Source: Asterionella formosa (taxonomy: Eukaryota). Taken from it: a stretch of DNA of 64,000 nucleotides. Numbering within the stretch: position 1 is the first letter of the stretch; each line of letters starts with the position of its first letter. Shown piece by piece: positions 12,868-25,250 of the stretch. The DNA is taken from NCBI GenBank assembly GCA_002256025.1, contig NKIB01012935.1, positions 1-64,000 on the forward strand, written 5' to 3'. The translations under genes were made by a program, and so were the position numbers. The notes beneath the pieces were generated by a model. That model was not told where the DNA came from, ran no database searches, and saw nothing but the letters and a program-made list of their open reading frames with translations.

Positions 12868-13865
12868 CTACATTAATCCTATCTCACTCAGTTCACGCCG
12901 TCGGCGCAACACATTAGCCGGAGGTCGCCTAAAACCATTGGTGGTGACAACATCAAGAATAATTTGCCGAATCTGTGAAGTACCTTGTACTAAATCCAAC
13001 TTCTTCCTGACAGTTGGAAGATAAGCCCACTCAAGAGGACCATTGGCCATTGGATCAACAAGCTCCAAACTAGTCAGAAATTCCATTCCATTAGCAAGTT
13101 CTTTCTTTTTATCATCATCCATGAGTAGGCGAAAATTGTGTAAGCGGGCACAAGCAGAGAGACGAATTGCAACTGATTTCTTCATCCTGAAGGACAAGGA
13201 TATCCTCAGGATCCTCCATTTATTGGTGAGCAACCCAAATGTGATCTCAATTCTAATGCATAGTTGTGAAAGGAAATAGTTATATGCATATTTTTGTTGT
13301 TGATTCCCTTTGACTTCCAACAAATGGACAAACTCTTGATCAGTCAATTTTTAAGGAGCATCGTCTACTATGCATTGTCCTGGACGAAGGTTGGATACAA
13401 TCTGAAAAAGCTTTGTTCTTTCAAATGCCTTCTGATCTGGACATTTTCCTGGTGCCATGACACCAAAGTATAGTAGGAAACAACAATTGCTGTCGCAAAC
13501 AGCTTGAAAATTCAATCCATATGACATATAATAACCAGACCAATATGCTTGAGGGAAGCCATCACAATCTTTTTTCTTGGTTTAGAAATAGGCTGTTAAT
13601 ATCCATCTATAGCACCACCAATGTATCAACGAAATAGTTGCTGCTCCGTTTTTTTCGAGGAATCCATTCATTACTGTTTGTTTCTCCTTGTTTGCTGTAG
13701 GGAATTATATTGATAATGTTGTGCAGGAGTTCACCGCATCAAGGAATGTTTTAGTGATGGCATAAACAGATGGATAAGAAACTCCATAGACATGACGAAT
13801 GTCTATGAGGTTTCCGCCTGCAAGCCAGCGAAGTCCGATGGCAAGGATCAACTCAGGATAAATAT
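12868..13865 (-). pseudogene. PIF/Harbinger DDE transposase (DDE_Tnp_4), C-terminal part
   Basis: IYPELILAIGLRWLAGG, GAIDG, GLNFQAVCD, YNYFLSQL(C)IRIEITFGLLTNKWRIL, ACARLHNF; stops and frameshifts. Confidence 0.88.
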
Positions 13866-15574
13866 CGTCTGCAAGAAATAAAAAGTATCATGCATATAGG
13901 ATCAAGGGTATCGTACGCTAAGTGGCACAGGAATTTCGTATATGTGATAATTATTGGATCAAAACTATGATCAAGGTATCATATAACTATGATGATTTTT
14001 TATTATTTTACCGACCTTGAAGTATGATGATAATAAGAACATTATCATCACACAATGTATATAAACTGATCAACAACATTCTCATCAATATCATAAACCT
14101 TCTCATATTATTTTCACTTCTCGTGATTGCCTGATGTAAATTATTACTACAACGCATCCTAAAATCAGCTCAACTCTATGCTATCATGTGAATTGTTTCA
14201 TCATATATCTATCTTAAACATGATCATAATTCTAATCACAAGCATTGTTCAAAATAGATTGAAATGGATCGTAATTTAACTATCAAATTTAGCAATACTA
14301 TATATAATTCTACAAGCCAGTGACTCAATGTTTCTCTCTCTACTTGACTCAATGTATATTCCTGTCTCGCCCTTTTCTTCCTCTATTCTGAATCTTTTGC
14401 CAAGCAATGCCTTACTACTATTGCGTCTCTCTCCCTGGCTGCTGTTAGTGTCATTCTGAACTCGCCGACTATTCCGTTGTTTGATCGGTTTTATTGTCCT
14501 ATGCAGTTACAGTAACAATGATAAGGAATGACTTGTTAGCTAGACATATTACACTGGCACAGCATCACGCCTTTACATCGTATCCTCTTGCTTGCTTCAC
14601 TTACCACAAATCAAATCAAGTGATGCATAAGTCTGTAATAGTAGTGAATTGTCAGTAAATTCTCGAATAAGTAAGTTTCAGGTATCCAATGTTGTCGAAT
14701 AAGACTTACCGATTCATTTTCGTTAGCTTAACTTTGAGAGAAGGTAAACGTGGAGTGTCCATCAGATATGTCCCAACAGAAGTGAATAGGGCCAACGACA
14801 AGAGCACTTACCAATTTTGTTTTGTTTTACATTGGTGCTCCCCAACAAGCAAAACGAGCTGTTGAATCAACTGAGAAAAAAGGAAATGTGCATTTAGTTT
14901 ACAATTTGTTGTTGTGCTGCCTCCCAACGATTGTCATCCAAGTACCACATTGATTGCTTCATCACCTTAAACATACTCCATCCTTCGAAGGCGCAATGTG
15001 TCGAAGCCACGATGTTTTTCGTTATTGCGTTAACTTTTCCTTTCTTGTCATATGCTTTACTACAAAATTTCTTTTCATGAAGCAGGCATTGTTTGTTAAC
15101 ATGACAGAACGATTTCAAATATATTTGACATGTATATAGTTATGAAATTTGTAAAAATATAAATATATCAAGTGTTGTACATTTATAAGATTCAAAGACA
15201 CTCTGAATATGGCACGTCTGGTAGCTAGTATTGTTGAGATGATCATATTTGCATATAGATAATTCGAAAATATTCAATGCACCATGTGTCCATTGTTTTC
15301 CACAACTTCGTGTACCGGTACTGTTTCTGAAATTTTTTTGCATCAATATTTTCTACGTCCGTCAGTAAAAAATTATTTAGGCCATTCAATTGGAGTAAGT
15401 CACAACCCATTTGTATCACTTTTTTAACGCAAGGATTTTGGTAGCAAATTATTTAAGCCCCTTTTTTGGGCGGGAGTTCTTCATGTATACTGGCACATCA
15501 TATGACAATAACATTTTATCATATATATATACATAGTGCCAGTAGCAGGTAGGAAGTGATATACTGGCGGGGGT

Positions 15575-16030
15575 AGTCAGAGTAGTAAGCGAGCAACAGA
15601 ACACCATATGATCAGGACTGTTGCTACTGCAGTGGGACAGTAAATCATCATAGTTTTTGGATTGTATGATCATAAAATCGAAAAAGGATAGTCGGAGTAG
15701 TAAGCGAGCAACAGAACACCATATGTTCATGACTGCTGCTACTGCAGCGGTATAAAAAGCATTATAGTTTCAGGATCGTATGATCATTAAATTGAAAAAA
15801 GATAGTCGGAGTAGTAAGCGAGCAACAGAGCACCATATGTTCATGACTGTTGTTTCTGCAGCGGGACGGTAAATCATCATAGTTTCAGGATCGTATGATC
15901 GTAAAATTGAAAGAGGTTAGTTGGAGTAGTAAGCTAGCAACAGAACACCATATGTTCAGGACTGTTGCTACAACAGTGGGACAGTAACAAAGCATCATAG
16001 TTTCAGGATCGTATAATCGTATTATTGAAA
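15575..16030. repeat. Tandem array, ~115-bp unit x4, inside the Plavaka-type element
   Basis: AGTAGTAAGC(G/T)AGCAACAGA...CCATATG starts at 15581, 15696, 15810, 15925; whole units are similar, with no unique spacers. Confidence 0.92.
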
Positions 16031-16233
16031 ACAAGATATGCTATTACTCAAACTCAGTTCTGATTTTGTATATGATAATGTCAATAGCACTGTTGGTTTT
16101 ATGGTATCATATCTAGACTGCGTAAAATATTACATGTAGTGGCTGATGATTCATTTTATTGTAGCTAGCAACACCTGATTTTAAGATCATTGAACTTTAA
16201 GGAAGACAACGACAACAGTTATCAAGTAGTACA

Positions 16234-17420
16234 ATGTCTTCAAGAAACCATAAAGAGGTTCATGGAAACAAGCGACATGTGGCAAATACTGCCGGTATGG
16301 AACAAAGAAGCAAGTACCAAAATGAGTCAACAAAGAAAAAGCGAATAGGCAATTATCCAAAGGAACCCAATCGGCGACAGGGAGTTAGTGGGGGTATTAA
16401 CCCATCGCCGATGGGGACACCATCAGCTCCTAGTACAAAGGATGCCGTAATTGATACTGAAAGCGATGATGACGTTTCTTTTTCAGTTGTTGATACAAGG
16501 TCCAATCACAAACAGGATTGGTTTGCCCAATGTTGACCTGCCTAATTAGGCTATACACAGTGAAACCGAAGTTAGGCAAAGAATTGGAGAGTGACCCAGA
16601 GCTTGCCGATTTCCGATTTCATATGGAATAGTTCTGGTGCACTGCTTCCGATGAATCAGACCATTGAAGCAGCGTACCAACAAGGCACGTTTAGATTACA
16701 TCAGAATCTATTGAATAATCACTTTAAAGGAATCTTTGGTAAGCTCTTGCAGGGTGGGAGATGCTCTGAAAGCATGATGTTTTGAGTCGGTGATTATTTT
16801 CTTATCAAATATGATTGAATTCAAAAATGCTAACATAATTCATGACACACCAGCTGGTTTAACAGAATATAACTTCCAGACTAAGGATATTGATGATTTT
16901 ATTAGGTGGGCGTTGACGCTTTATCGTTTTGCGCAGTCAAAGGACATTGAAAGGGGAAGCCATGGACACCAAGTCTGGCGTGATGTTCTTGCTCCAGTGT
17001 ATTATATAGGCAGGACAAGCCGTGGAGAACCATTCTAACAGGAGTAAAAGCTGGTGTGACCAAATGTCAACAAAGTCTTCGGGCACAGTGTGAATTGCAA
17101 TCACGTGTTGTTGGTTCGCTGATCATTGCCAGTACAGAAGCCTTTTACTTCTTGGCGCTGAAAGGAAAATTCCGATTGCAACAAAAATATTTGGGTCTAT
17201 CCAGATATGCATGAAATTTCAGAGAACAATATTCGTCATTCTACTGATTTTGTCGACATTGGTGGGAAACCACTTATCAGAAAAGTGTGAGCAAGGGAAG
17301 AAATTTCAGTTTCAAATGGTCTCACTGATCAATGGACTGATGATTTACTCGTTCATGCAATATAAGTAAATCAACACTGGACTTTCACAAAAGAATCGAT
17401 CTGAATATGAAGGAATCCTA
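16234..17420 (+). pseudogene. Degraded hypothetical accessory gene of the Plavaka-type element
   Basis: Successive short + strand ORFs (16234-16536, 16591-16785, 16790-17038) with coding-like composition upstream of the transposase. Confidence 0.35.
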
Positions 17421-18099
17421 GTAGAATTGATACTTCCACCACAAATATCATCTACTAACCACACTCATACTTCTCATTTCCCAACGCAAGTGAAGAGGAT
17501 GTGCATCAATATGTTGAACCACTTCAACCAAATGTTCCTGAGAAGAATAATGACCACATTAATAAACTGGACATTGATGACAACGTTGATTTTGAATGGA
17601 TCTAATAGAATCCAATGCATACTTAGTAGTTACATAATAAATATAGTTAGTGTGAGACTTCTACAATGCACAAACCATATCATAGATGTTAGGAAAACAT
17701 CGATGCTGCTCCATACTACTAGTAGTGCCGCCTGTACTGTATGTAGCGGTATACCTCCATTTTTACTACTATGGTGGAGTGATAATTTCACGACTCTGTG
17801 TTGTCCAGCACAGCATCATCGGAGTTATGCTAAAATTTCTATTTTTTATTCATTTTCATTCTATCCTGTTCATATCCTGACTTTGTCATCATTTGAAATT
17901 TGCAATGTCTTTGCGGACATTGCAATGGTGTTATCTGTGTAACTACAAATTTCGGAAGAACAAATCCCCATCTGAGTCTCACAATCGAAATTGTTGCAAC
18001 CGTGTTTTTTATGCCGCAAATGTTCACTGTCGACATTGCATGCAAGAACATCGAGTTCCTGGAATACATAATGAAACTATGTGTTGCGGCAATGCGCGC

Positions 18100-20810
18100 A
18101 TCGAATCATTCAAGGAAAGAAGTTAATGGCAGTGTAACTGCTGCAGCATTTAGGGAGAGTAGACAACAAGAAGAGATTATGTGTACTTTCCTTGAATCAA
18201 GTGGCCACAATCATCCATTTCATGACGACAGCGACGATTCAGTTTATAACAATATTCAGTCACAACAAGACGAACAATTGAGACTAAAAACTCTCCAAGG
18301 ATTGAATTCAGAAACCATGCAATATTCAGATTTCCAAGATCACACCGGCTTTCTCCCGTGAAAAATCAATGGAAATGCGCGTCCAGACCTCCTCAATTTC
18401 AACTTCCAAGTAAACATTCTCTAAACATGCATCCAATCGAATTAGAACTCATGTTATTTTTTAACGAGAATTATCTTCCACCAGTTTACTTTGATCATCT
18501 AATGAAATGGCTGTTTAAGGCAGAAGCAATGAAATATTCTGATGGAAGGTATCAAGCTCCATCTTACCAGACTTTGAAAAAACACATGGATATTTCATTT
18601 CCACCGACATAAGCTGCTGGTCAACTGTTGACCAAACAAATACAGATTGATAACGATTCAAACATGATCATCCCATGCACACTCCATTATTTCGAACCAG
18701 TACAGCTCATGGCAGGATTGCTACATGATTCTGATATCATGCAACATTTTGTATGTCACCCACAAGTGAAACTTACAACTTTTGGAGAACGCATACATGA
18801 CAAAGTAACTTCCGTGACTTGGTTTGAAAATTCATTCAACAATTCTCCTGCATCAGAAAATGGAGTGTTGAAGACAGGGTGTTTATTTGTTGCCCTAGCA
18901 GTTTTCAGTGATGGTTCTTCACCACCACATTAAGTCAGTGATGTGGAGAAACAAATGAATAATAAGTTATCTGGTGAGCAACGACTTCTCCTTATGTTGA
19001 CTCACATTATACCATTCTGTTACAGGATTTCTATTGTCGCCTGCCTTTCAAAGATCCAAACAAGTCATACAATATTTGGGTTCATGGTCTTGGTATGACA
19101 AAAGTTTATTTCCAGATTGGAATGATCATTGGTGATACAGAAGAGCACAACAAAATTTGTGGTTTCAGGGCAATGGATTAAATCGACGATTTGTTTGTCG
19201 TGATTGCCTGGTTTCAACTGAAGATGCTGATAATCCCGATATTGGATGTGAACGTCGTAAAATGTCAGATGTTAAAGATTTTTAAAACAAATATCTTGAC
19301 AAAAATGCATATCCTGATGGAAAATTACCATGTATCCCACCTGAGTATTGTGTCTCCCAATCTAATGGAAAATACACAACAGCAAACGAGTGGTGCCGTG
19401 TTATATCGCATAATCCTATTATGCCTGCACTAATAAATCATTTTTTTGGTGGTGACGTAGCAGGATTAATTGGTGTAACTTCATTCGAGATTCTTCATCA
19501 ATTACTACTTGGAATATTTAAGTACATTTTGGAATCATTGTACAATTATCAGACTATCCGCCCCTGAAGATAGGAAATTATTTTTAAAGAAAGAAAATCA
19601 CATATCCCAGAGAACATCTCCGATCATGAACATACCACAGAAACAACAGACTCTGCTTTTCTTGATCAAGAGCAACCGAAGAAACAGGCAAAGACCAAAG
19701 AGGACACACGCACCAGTTACCAAAAATATCTACACTGGCAAAGATCAAGACCCAGCACTTGTACCAGCACCAGAAATAAATGTATTTTCGAAACTTTACT
19801 TCGAACAAAGTGCTAGATACATCAATAGTCATTTGGAAAGGCAAAGCGATCTTGATATTCAAAAATTGTCATACAGATCTGGGATGACAGCTTTGTCGAA
19901 AATGTCAGGGCAAGACAAGAAATTCCCGGATTTTGTCTGTTAACTTTTTTTTCAAGGGGTGGAATGATGGGTTCAGAGAACATGCACCTAGAAAAGGATT
20001 TCACATTGCTGTTATGGTTATGAATATCTATCAATGACACTTTATTCATACCGGAGTATACATCAAAACATGTATTGATATTCTAGAGGAAAGGGTTAAG
20101 AGATTTATGTCAGCTACTAAGATTATGATTGGTCCCCAACAGGAAATGATATCTCAAATTGGCTTACGAATGGCAAAATTTCATGGAATAAAACATTACC
20201 CTCATTTGATTAGGAAGCTCGCTAGGATCTCCTCTTAATTTCTTTGGTGCATATTTGGAGTCTTTTTTGAAAGACAAATTGAAACGAGCGACCCAGTAAG
20301 CGTGTCAATGGATAATTACATGACATTTTAACAAGGTCATATGAAACAAGGCAGTTTTCCTTGGCACGAAAAATTGTTTCTGCAAGTGATACATTACATA
20401 CAGAAAACAAACAAAAGAAGATGAGTAAAGTATTACATATAAATGTACCTGAGGGTATTATTGATTTCGAGGGATGATTCCGGATACAAGGATGTTGCCT
20501 AGTACTAGTACGTCGCCTGATAATTTGGGAATATCGCCTACCAAGATCCATTCACCATCCCTTCCTGTTTAAGTTCAATTCTCAGCTTCATCATCAAATG
20601 GTCTATTGACTATAGCAGGTGTCCCTAATAAGATTGGGCATGTATCACGGAGTGAGGATGCACCCTTGTCTCAATTGTTTCATCTGCTTTGAAACCACAG
20701 GAATCAAGGAAATCTCTGAAACCGCAAGAAGTTTTGGAACAGATACGGAAAGATATCTTTTATGTTGTCATGCCTCCACGTGGTCATTTATGGAAATCAA
20801 TCGGGTGGGA
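18100..20810 (+). pseudogene. Plavaka-family transposase, heavily degraded
   Basis: Fragments across frames: YFDHLMKWL, LFVALAVFSDG, IGMIIGDTEEHNKICG, CRDCLV, FFGGDVAGLIGVTSFEILHQLLLGIFKY, ERQSDLDIQKLSYRSG, MAKFHGIKHYPHLIRK, GSPLNF, DWAC. Confidence 0.72.
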
Positions 20811-20961
20811 CCAAGAACTAACAAGCGAACGTTGATAAATACACAAGAATAATATAAATAATAGTGATAATATAGTTTCACATACTAGTTAAGTTATTAG
20901 AAGGTTTTCACAAACTAAAATGTCCTGAGGAATGATGAAATTGGAAGATCCCAATGGTCCA

Positions 20962-22570
20962 TTATTTGTTCTTTTTCACTCCTAGAGAACCTAAGATGGT
21001 CCTTCTCGTTTCGTCCGAAAATTTTCTTCTCCACTTTTCAACTGCAGTTCGATATGAGCCTGCAGACTTTTTCAATTTGATTCCAGAAGGGCTACCATCA
21101 GTTACATAATATTTTTTATAACATTTTGTCGATTTTGATGCATCCAGAAACTTGGCCAAGAGGTGCATGATTATACCATTTGAAGGGAGCAAGTTTGTCA
21201 TTACTTTGTTGTATCATGGATTTTACGTAGACAACTTCATCCTTCTTGAAAGAAGAGTTGCAAGGAACTCGTCCAAATACTTCGTTCAACATTTTTAAAT
21301 CTAAATAGGATGTCAAAATTTTGTCGATACAAAATTGAAGAACAGTTATTTCCAACTGAAACATATCCCCATGAGAATTTGTCGTTGTCACTTGAGGCCA
21401 AACTGTTCCAAGATGAAAGTATGTTGACTTGGTTGGTGGGTCAGATCTAATGGATAAGAAATCGTCTATTCGATTTGTTGCTGCCACCTGACGTTTTAAA
21501 GCTTTCCAGGACTCAGTCTCCAAACGGAAATGTGCCCGTTTGCCAAGAAATTTGGTTTTGCCATTCCTTTCTAATTGCAATAGAGTTTCCAAGACTTTCA
21601 CATTTGGATTTCAAGTTGACCACATCATCCTTCTTGAAAGATGAATTGCAAGGAACTCGTCCATATTCTTCGTTCGACATTTTAAATCTTTATAGAAGCT
21701 CAAAGTTTTGTCGATACATAATTGAAGAACAGATAGTATTTCCAACTGAAACATATCCTCACGAATGTTTGTCGTTGTCACTTGAGGCCAAACTGTTCCA
21801 AGATGAAAGGTTTTTGACTTGGTTGGTGGGTCAGATGTAACAGATGACAAGTCGTCTGTTCGATCAGTTGCTACCACCTGACTTTCCAGGACTCCGTCTC
21901 CAAACGGAATTGTGCCCGGTTGCCAAGAAATTTGGTTTTGCCATTCCTTTCTTGTTGCAATGGAGTTTCCAATACTTTCACAATTGTAAATGTTCCACAT
22001 GACCATCCACTATTATCTTCAGGTTGAAATAACATGGAATCATGTTCAGTGGCCATAATGATCTGCAATGGTGCTTTGGTGTCAGTATAGAAAGATTCCG
22101 ATAAACCAATTTCTTCAGGTGTACGGTATTCTTGTGGAAGATATCCTGTATCGGTGCATAACAATTCTAATTGTTTGGTGCATCCAGGGATGATGCAGTA
22201 CTTACGAGCAAGGTGAAATACTTGATCATAATGTTCATCCGCACTTGCATCTTTTCCTGGATCAAGGACTTGACATAATCCATCATTTATAGCAAAAAGA
22301 TAATGCACAAAATGATTCTTTTCCTCCTCATCTGATCTTTTACAATTAACAATTAGCACATAGTTACTGTCATGATGAAGTGGATGACAATCACCTTGGT
22401 ATATATATGGTTTGTTATTAACCTTTTCTGGGTTCTCATCCAGATCAAATATAACCTTTACATCAGCCAGTTGGATGAAGTTCATGAATTATAAATTGGA
22501 TCATAGAGTTAATTGTTTCAAGGTCCCAATATGCAAGATCTTTAAAATCTGAAGATGATTTTTTGATTCC
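20962..22570 (-). pseudogene. Ulp1/C48-like cysteine protease-domain gene carried by the element, frameshifted, with an internal ~388-bp duplication
   Basis: YWDLETINSMIQF (frameshifted, upstream of 22485), VLIVN...NHFV, QVLDP and FQPEDNSGWSCGTF occur in Ulp1 order (W..D/E.IN, H, D, Q..C); duplication ~21236-21600 vs ~21624-21980. Confidence 0.55.
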
Positions 22571-23681
22571 TTTGACTCTATAAAATACAGAGGCGTAATT
22601 GCATATTTCTTGTGAGGTACGTGTGTACAAATCTTTCCACAATTTTAGTTGACACTTGTCCCTCTATTGATGGGGATGACATGATGGACACCGACTTTTC
22701 CAGGAGCAAACAACAATGACGAGACCCATTTGTCGCTCTATTGATGGTAAGAAATATGCGGACAAGTTCAATAGTGAATACAAGAACAACATACCAATGA
22801 AAACAAGTCAACAGTGTGTGTTCGCACACGCCAACAAGCAGGTTTGAGGCAACGGACAGTTCCAACAAGCAAATGACAATACGGATGTCAAATTTTTCCT
22901 TCGAGCAAACAACAATGAAGAGAGCCACTCGCTTTCGCTCTCTTGTTGGTATCAATGATGTAGACAAGTTCCTTAGTAAATACAAGTACAGGATGCCAAA
23001 TGCAGAAACGAGCGATATGAAAAAGAAATTGTAATCAGAATCATTCTATAACTATAGCTATGTGGACAGTAGTCTGTTTTGCACATTTTCGTATCTCCTT
23101 CTATGCTGAATATCAATAGTAGATGTAGTATCATGTGAGAATTGAAAATGTCAACAAGAACAAGTAGGATGTGTTTGTTTACGGGTTGTTTGGCGAGATT
23201 GTAATGCTGGTGGTTGACGAAACGGACTTACTATTTGCGCTGTGTGCGGAACCATTACGAGTTCGAATGATTTCTTCTCTGTAAACTCTTAATTGAATGA
23301 TTATGAACAATGTTTCACTGACATGATGATTACTAAAAGATATAATGATCACTTGACCAACAATTGAAGACGTTATAGCAAACAATCATTCCACTTGTCA
23401 TCGCTAGTATTTCGTTGTTGTTGCAAAAATCGGGGTGATGACGGATGGAAATGACGAGCCAAATTGCATTACTTTAGCTGGTACATTATCCTACCAAGAA
23501 ATTCGAATACAGTAGGAATCTAATAGAAACAATACATATAAAATTTAAAAATGTGTAGACAAAAGGGCTACTATTTAAATTACAAGGGCATTTATCAAAT
23601 TTTTTAGATGATATTATGATCAGATGATCACAATCCTATACTATTGCATCATGGAAATATGATATTTTTTATTTGCAGACG

Positions 23682-24060
23682 ATGCTGATTTGAGCTGTAT
23701 AAAGCGGAACTTGCATTTGGTTTAACACCATTATTAACTGTGATGGAAGGTCGAAGGAGTTCCAGTATTTGATTGAAAGCTTCAAGAGACATGCAATAGT
23801 CACGATGAAATCTATTCTCATGAAGAGGAAGCTTTGTGACATGCTCATTCCAGTCAATTCGTTGATGCTCCCATTTTGGAATTCGCACTGGCTTCGAGTT
23901 TTGTTCAGAGGACTCCAAAAATGAGAATGCAACTGCTGAAACTAATAAAAAGCTCTGTTGTTCCGCTTCTATATCAAGATTGTCAATCATGACATCCCAA
24001 CTGTCAGGTTCTTCCGGTCGATTTGTAATTGTCGTTACAGTAATGATAATTGTCAGACAC
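23682..24060 (-). pseudogene. PIF/Harbinger transposase, N-terminal part (separated from 12868-13865 by the insertion)
   Basis: RIDWNEHV...FHRDYCMSLEAFNQILELLRP (Harbinger F..Y.MS...F..L motif); continues in frame across the excised insertion. Confidence 0.8.
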
Positions 24061-24199
24061 GATGAATAATTTAAGCGCACATTGCAAATATTTTTGCTGA
24101 GTTTGATGCACATGTTTTCAGAGACATAAAGAAAACGGATAACTGTTTTGCCGTTACAGAGATATATTTGTGAAATGTATCTCTGTGAAGATTCAATTT

Positions 24200-24252
24200 T
24201 TTTCTGAAGATACAACATAAATAATTTGTATCTCTGTTAAGATTGGCCCTAA
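24200..24252 (-). mobile_element. Probable Harbinger terminus (GGGCCAATC... followed by TAA)
   Basis: ...GATTGGCCC|TAA just upstream of the transposase; GGG-type terminus with TAA target is typical of PIF/Harbinger; matching other end not found. Confidence 0.45.
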
Positions 24253-24259
24253 CACAACG

Positions 24260-24860
24260 TTTAAATATCATTTTTGTTTGTTTTAAATGGAACTCTTTCA
24301 ATCTGGCGCCGGTTCCTATTTAATTCAAATTTGCAAATGGGCACTCGAATCATGGGAATTATAGTAGGAAACTCCCTGTTCCACGCCGTTTTTACAACCC
24401 TAGCGATATTTTCTCCAAACTAGGGTTAAGCTGGGGCCGGAACCTTCCCCGCAGTTACACATTGCGAGGTCCGTTTTCTTCCAAAATAATTCTATGATGT
24501 ACCTTAATCAACACATTAAGTACAAGTACATAAAATAGTTAAAGGTAAAAATAGCTTTCACCAATACGACCACTTTGCATATGCTTAGGTACAGTCATGG
24601 GTCGACTTAGGGGTATGTTCTATCTTCGGATATGGTAAGGACCTCATTTCTGGAAAGAAACTGCAGTTATGTATCGTAGATTCGTAACTTTCACAAAAAT
24701 GATCAAAAAAGGGGCTACGAAGCTTTTCTAAAGATCTACGATACATAACTGCAGTGTCTCTCCAGAAGTTAACTCCTGAAGTTATAGGGTACACGGCAAT
24801 CTACTTTGATCTTGATGAAACCCCGCAGATGTAGAGCAATCCTCTTCCAAAAAGTCTACC
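24260..24860. repeat. Dispersed non-autonomous repeat family with GGTT...AACC termini (two adjacent fragments)
   Basis: 24260-24446 aligns with 40726-40912; 24447-24860 aligns with 39725-40130 and 53641-53890. Confidence 0.8.
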
Positions 24861-24959
24861 TCCTAAAAGGACCTGATGGAGGGGACGAAATAGATGGTCA
24901 GCTCGTGTTAGTTCATGGAACTGTTAAATTTGGCGGACCAGCTCAAAATTGATGAAAAA

Positions 24960-25250
24960 ACTACAATGTATTTGGAACCGCGCGCTTGTATCCTAATGAA
25001 TAGTGGTGATAGGTATTGTTTTTGCATCGCTTTTCCAAAAATGTTTGACTGGGCGTCCTCTCAAACAAAATCGTGAGGAAATAATTACAGCAATTTATAA
25101 ACATATGTTAAATTGGTTTTAATTTTGTTAGACCCTAATTATTAATTAAAGAAATAAGAGTCTATGTTTATGTCTATGGAACTCTTAAAAAACGTACTTT
25201 TTCGAGCAAGCCAACCCTCACATAGAAGATTGGTATGTTGGCTACGTAAT
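24960..25250 (+). repeat. Dispersed repeat end; diverged inverted copy at ~29460-29760
   Basis: ATATGTTAAATTGGTTT...AAGCCAA(C/G)CCTCACATAGAA...CTACGTAA shared in opposite orientation. Confidence 0.65.

Larger units (their letters stand above)
13866..23681 (+). mobile_element. 9.8-kb Plavaka-type DNA transposon with both termini, TIRs CGTCTGCAA(G)AAATAAAAA.TATCAT and AT target-site duplication
   Basis: AT|CGTCTGCAAGAAATAAAAAGTATCAT at the left end and ATGATATTTTTTATTTGCAGACG|AT at the right end. Removing it restores the Harbinger frame SSNQH-IYPELILA. Contains a Plavaka transposase remnant. Confidence 0.85.

Noticed and set aside
15575..16030. Possible CRISPR array
   Set aside because: Entire 115-bp units are similar with no unique spacers; eukaryotic context and no cas genes
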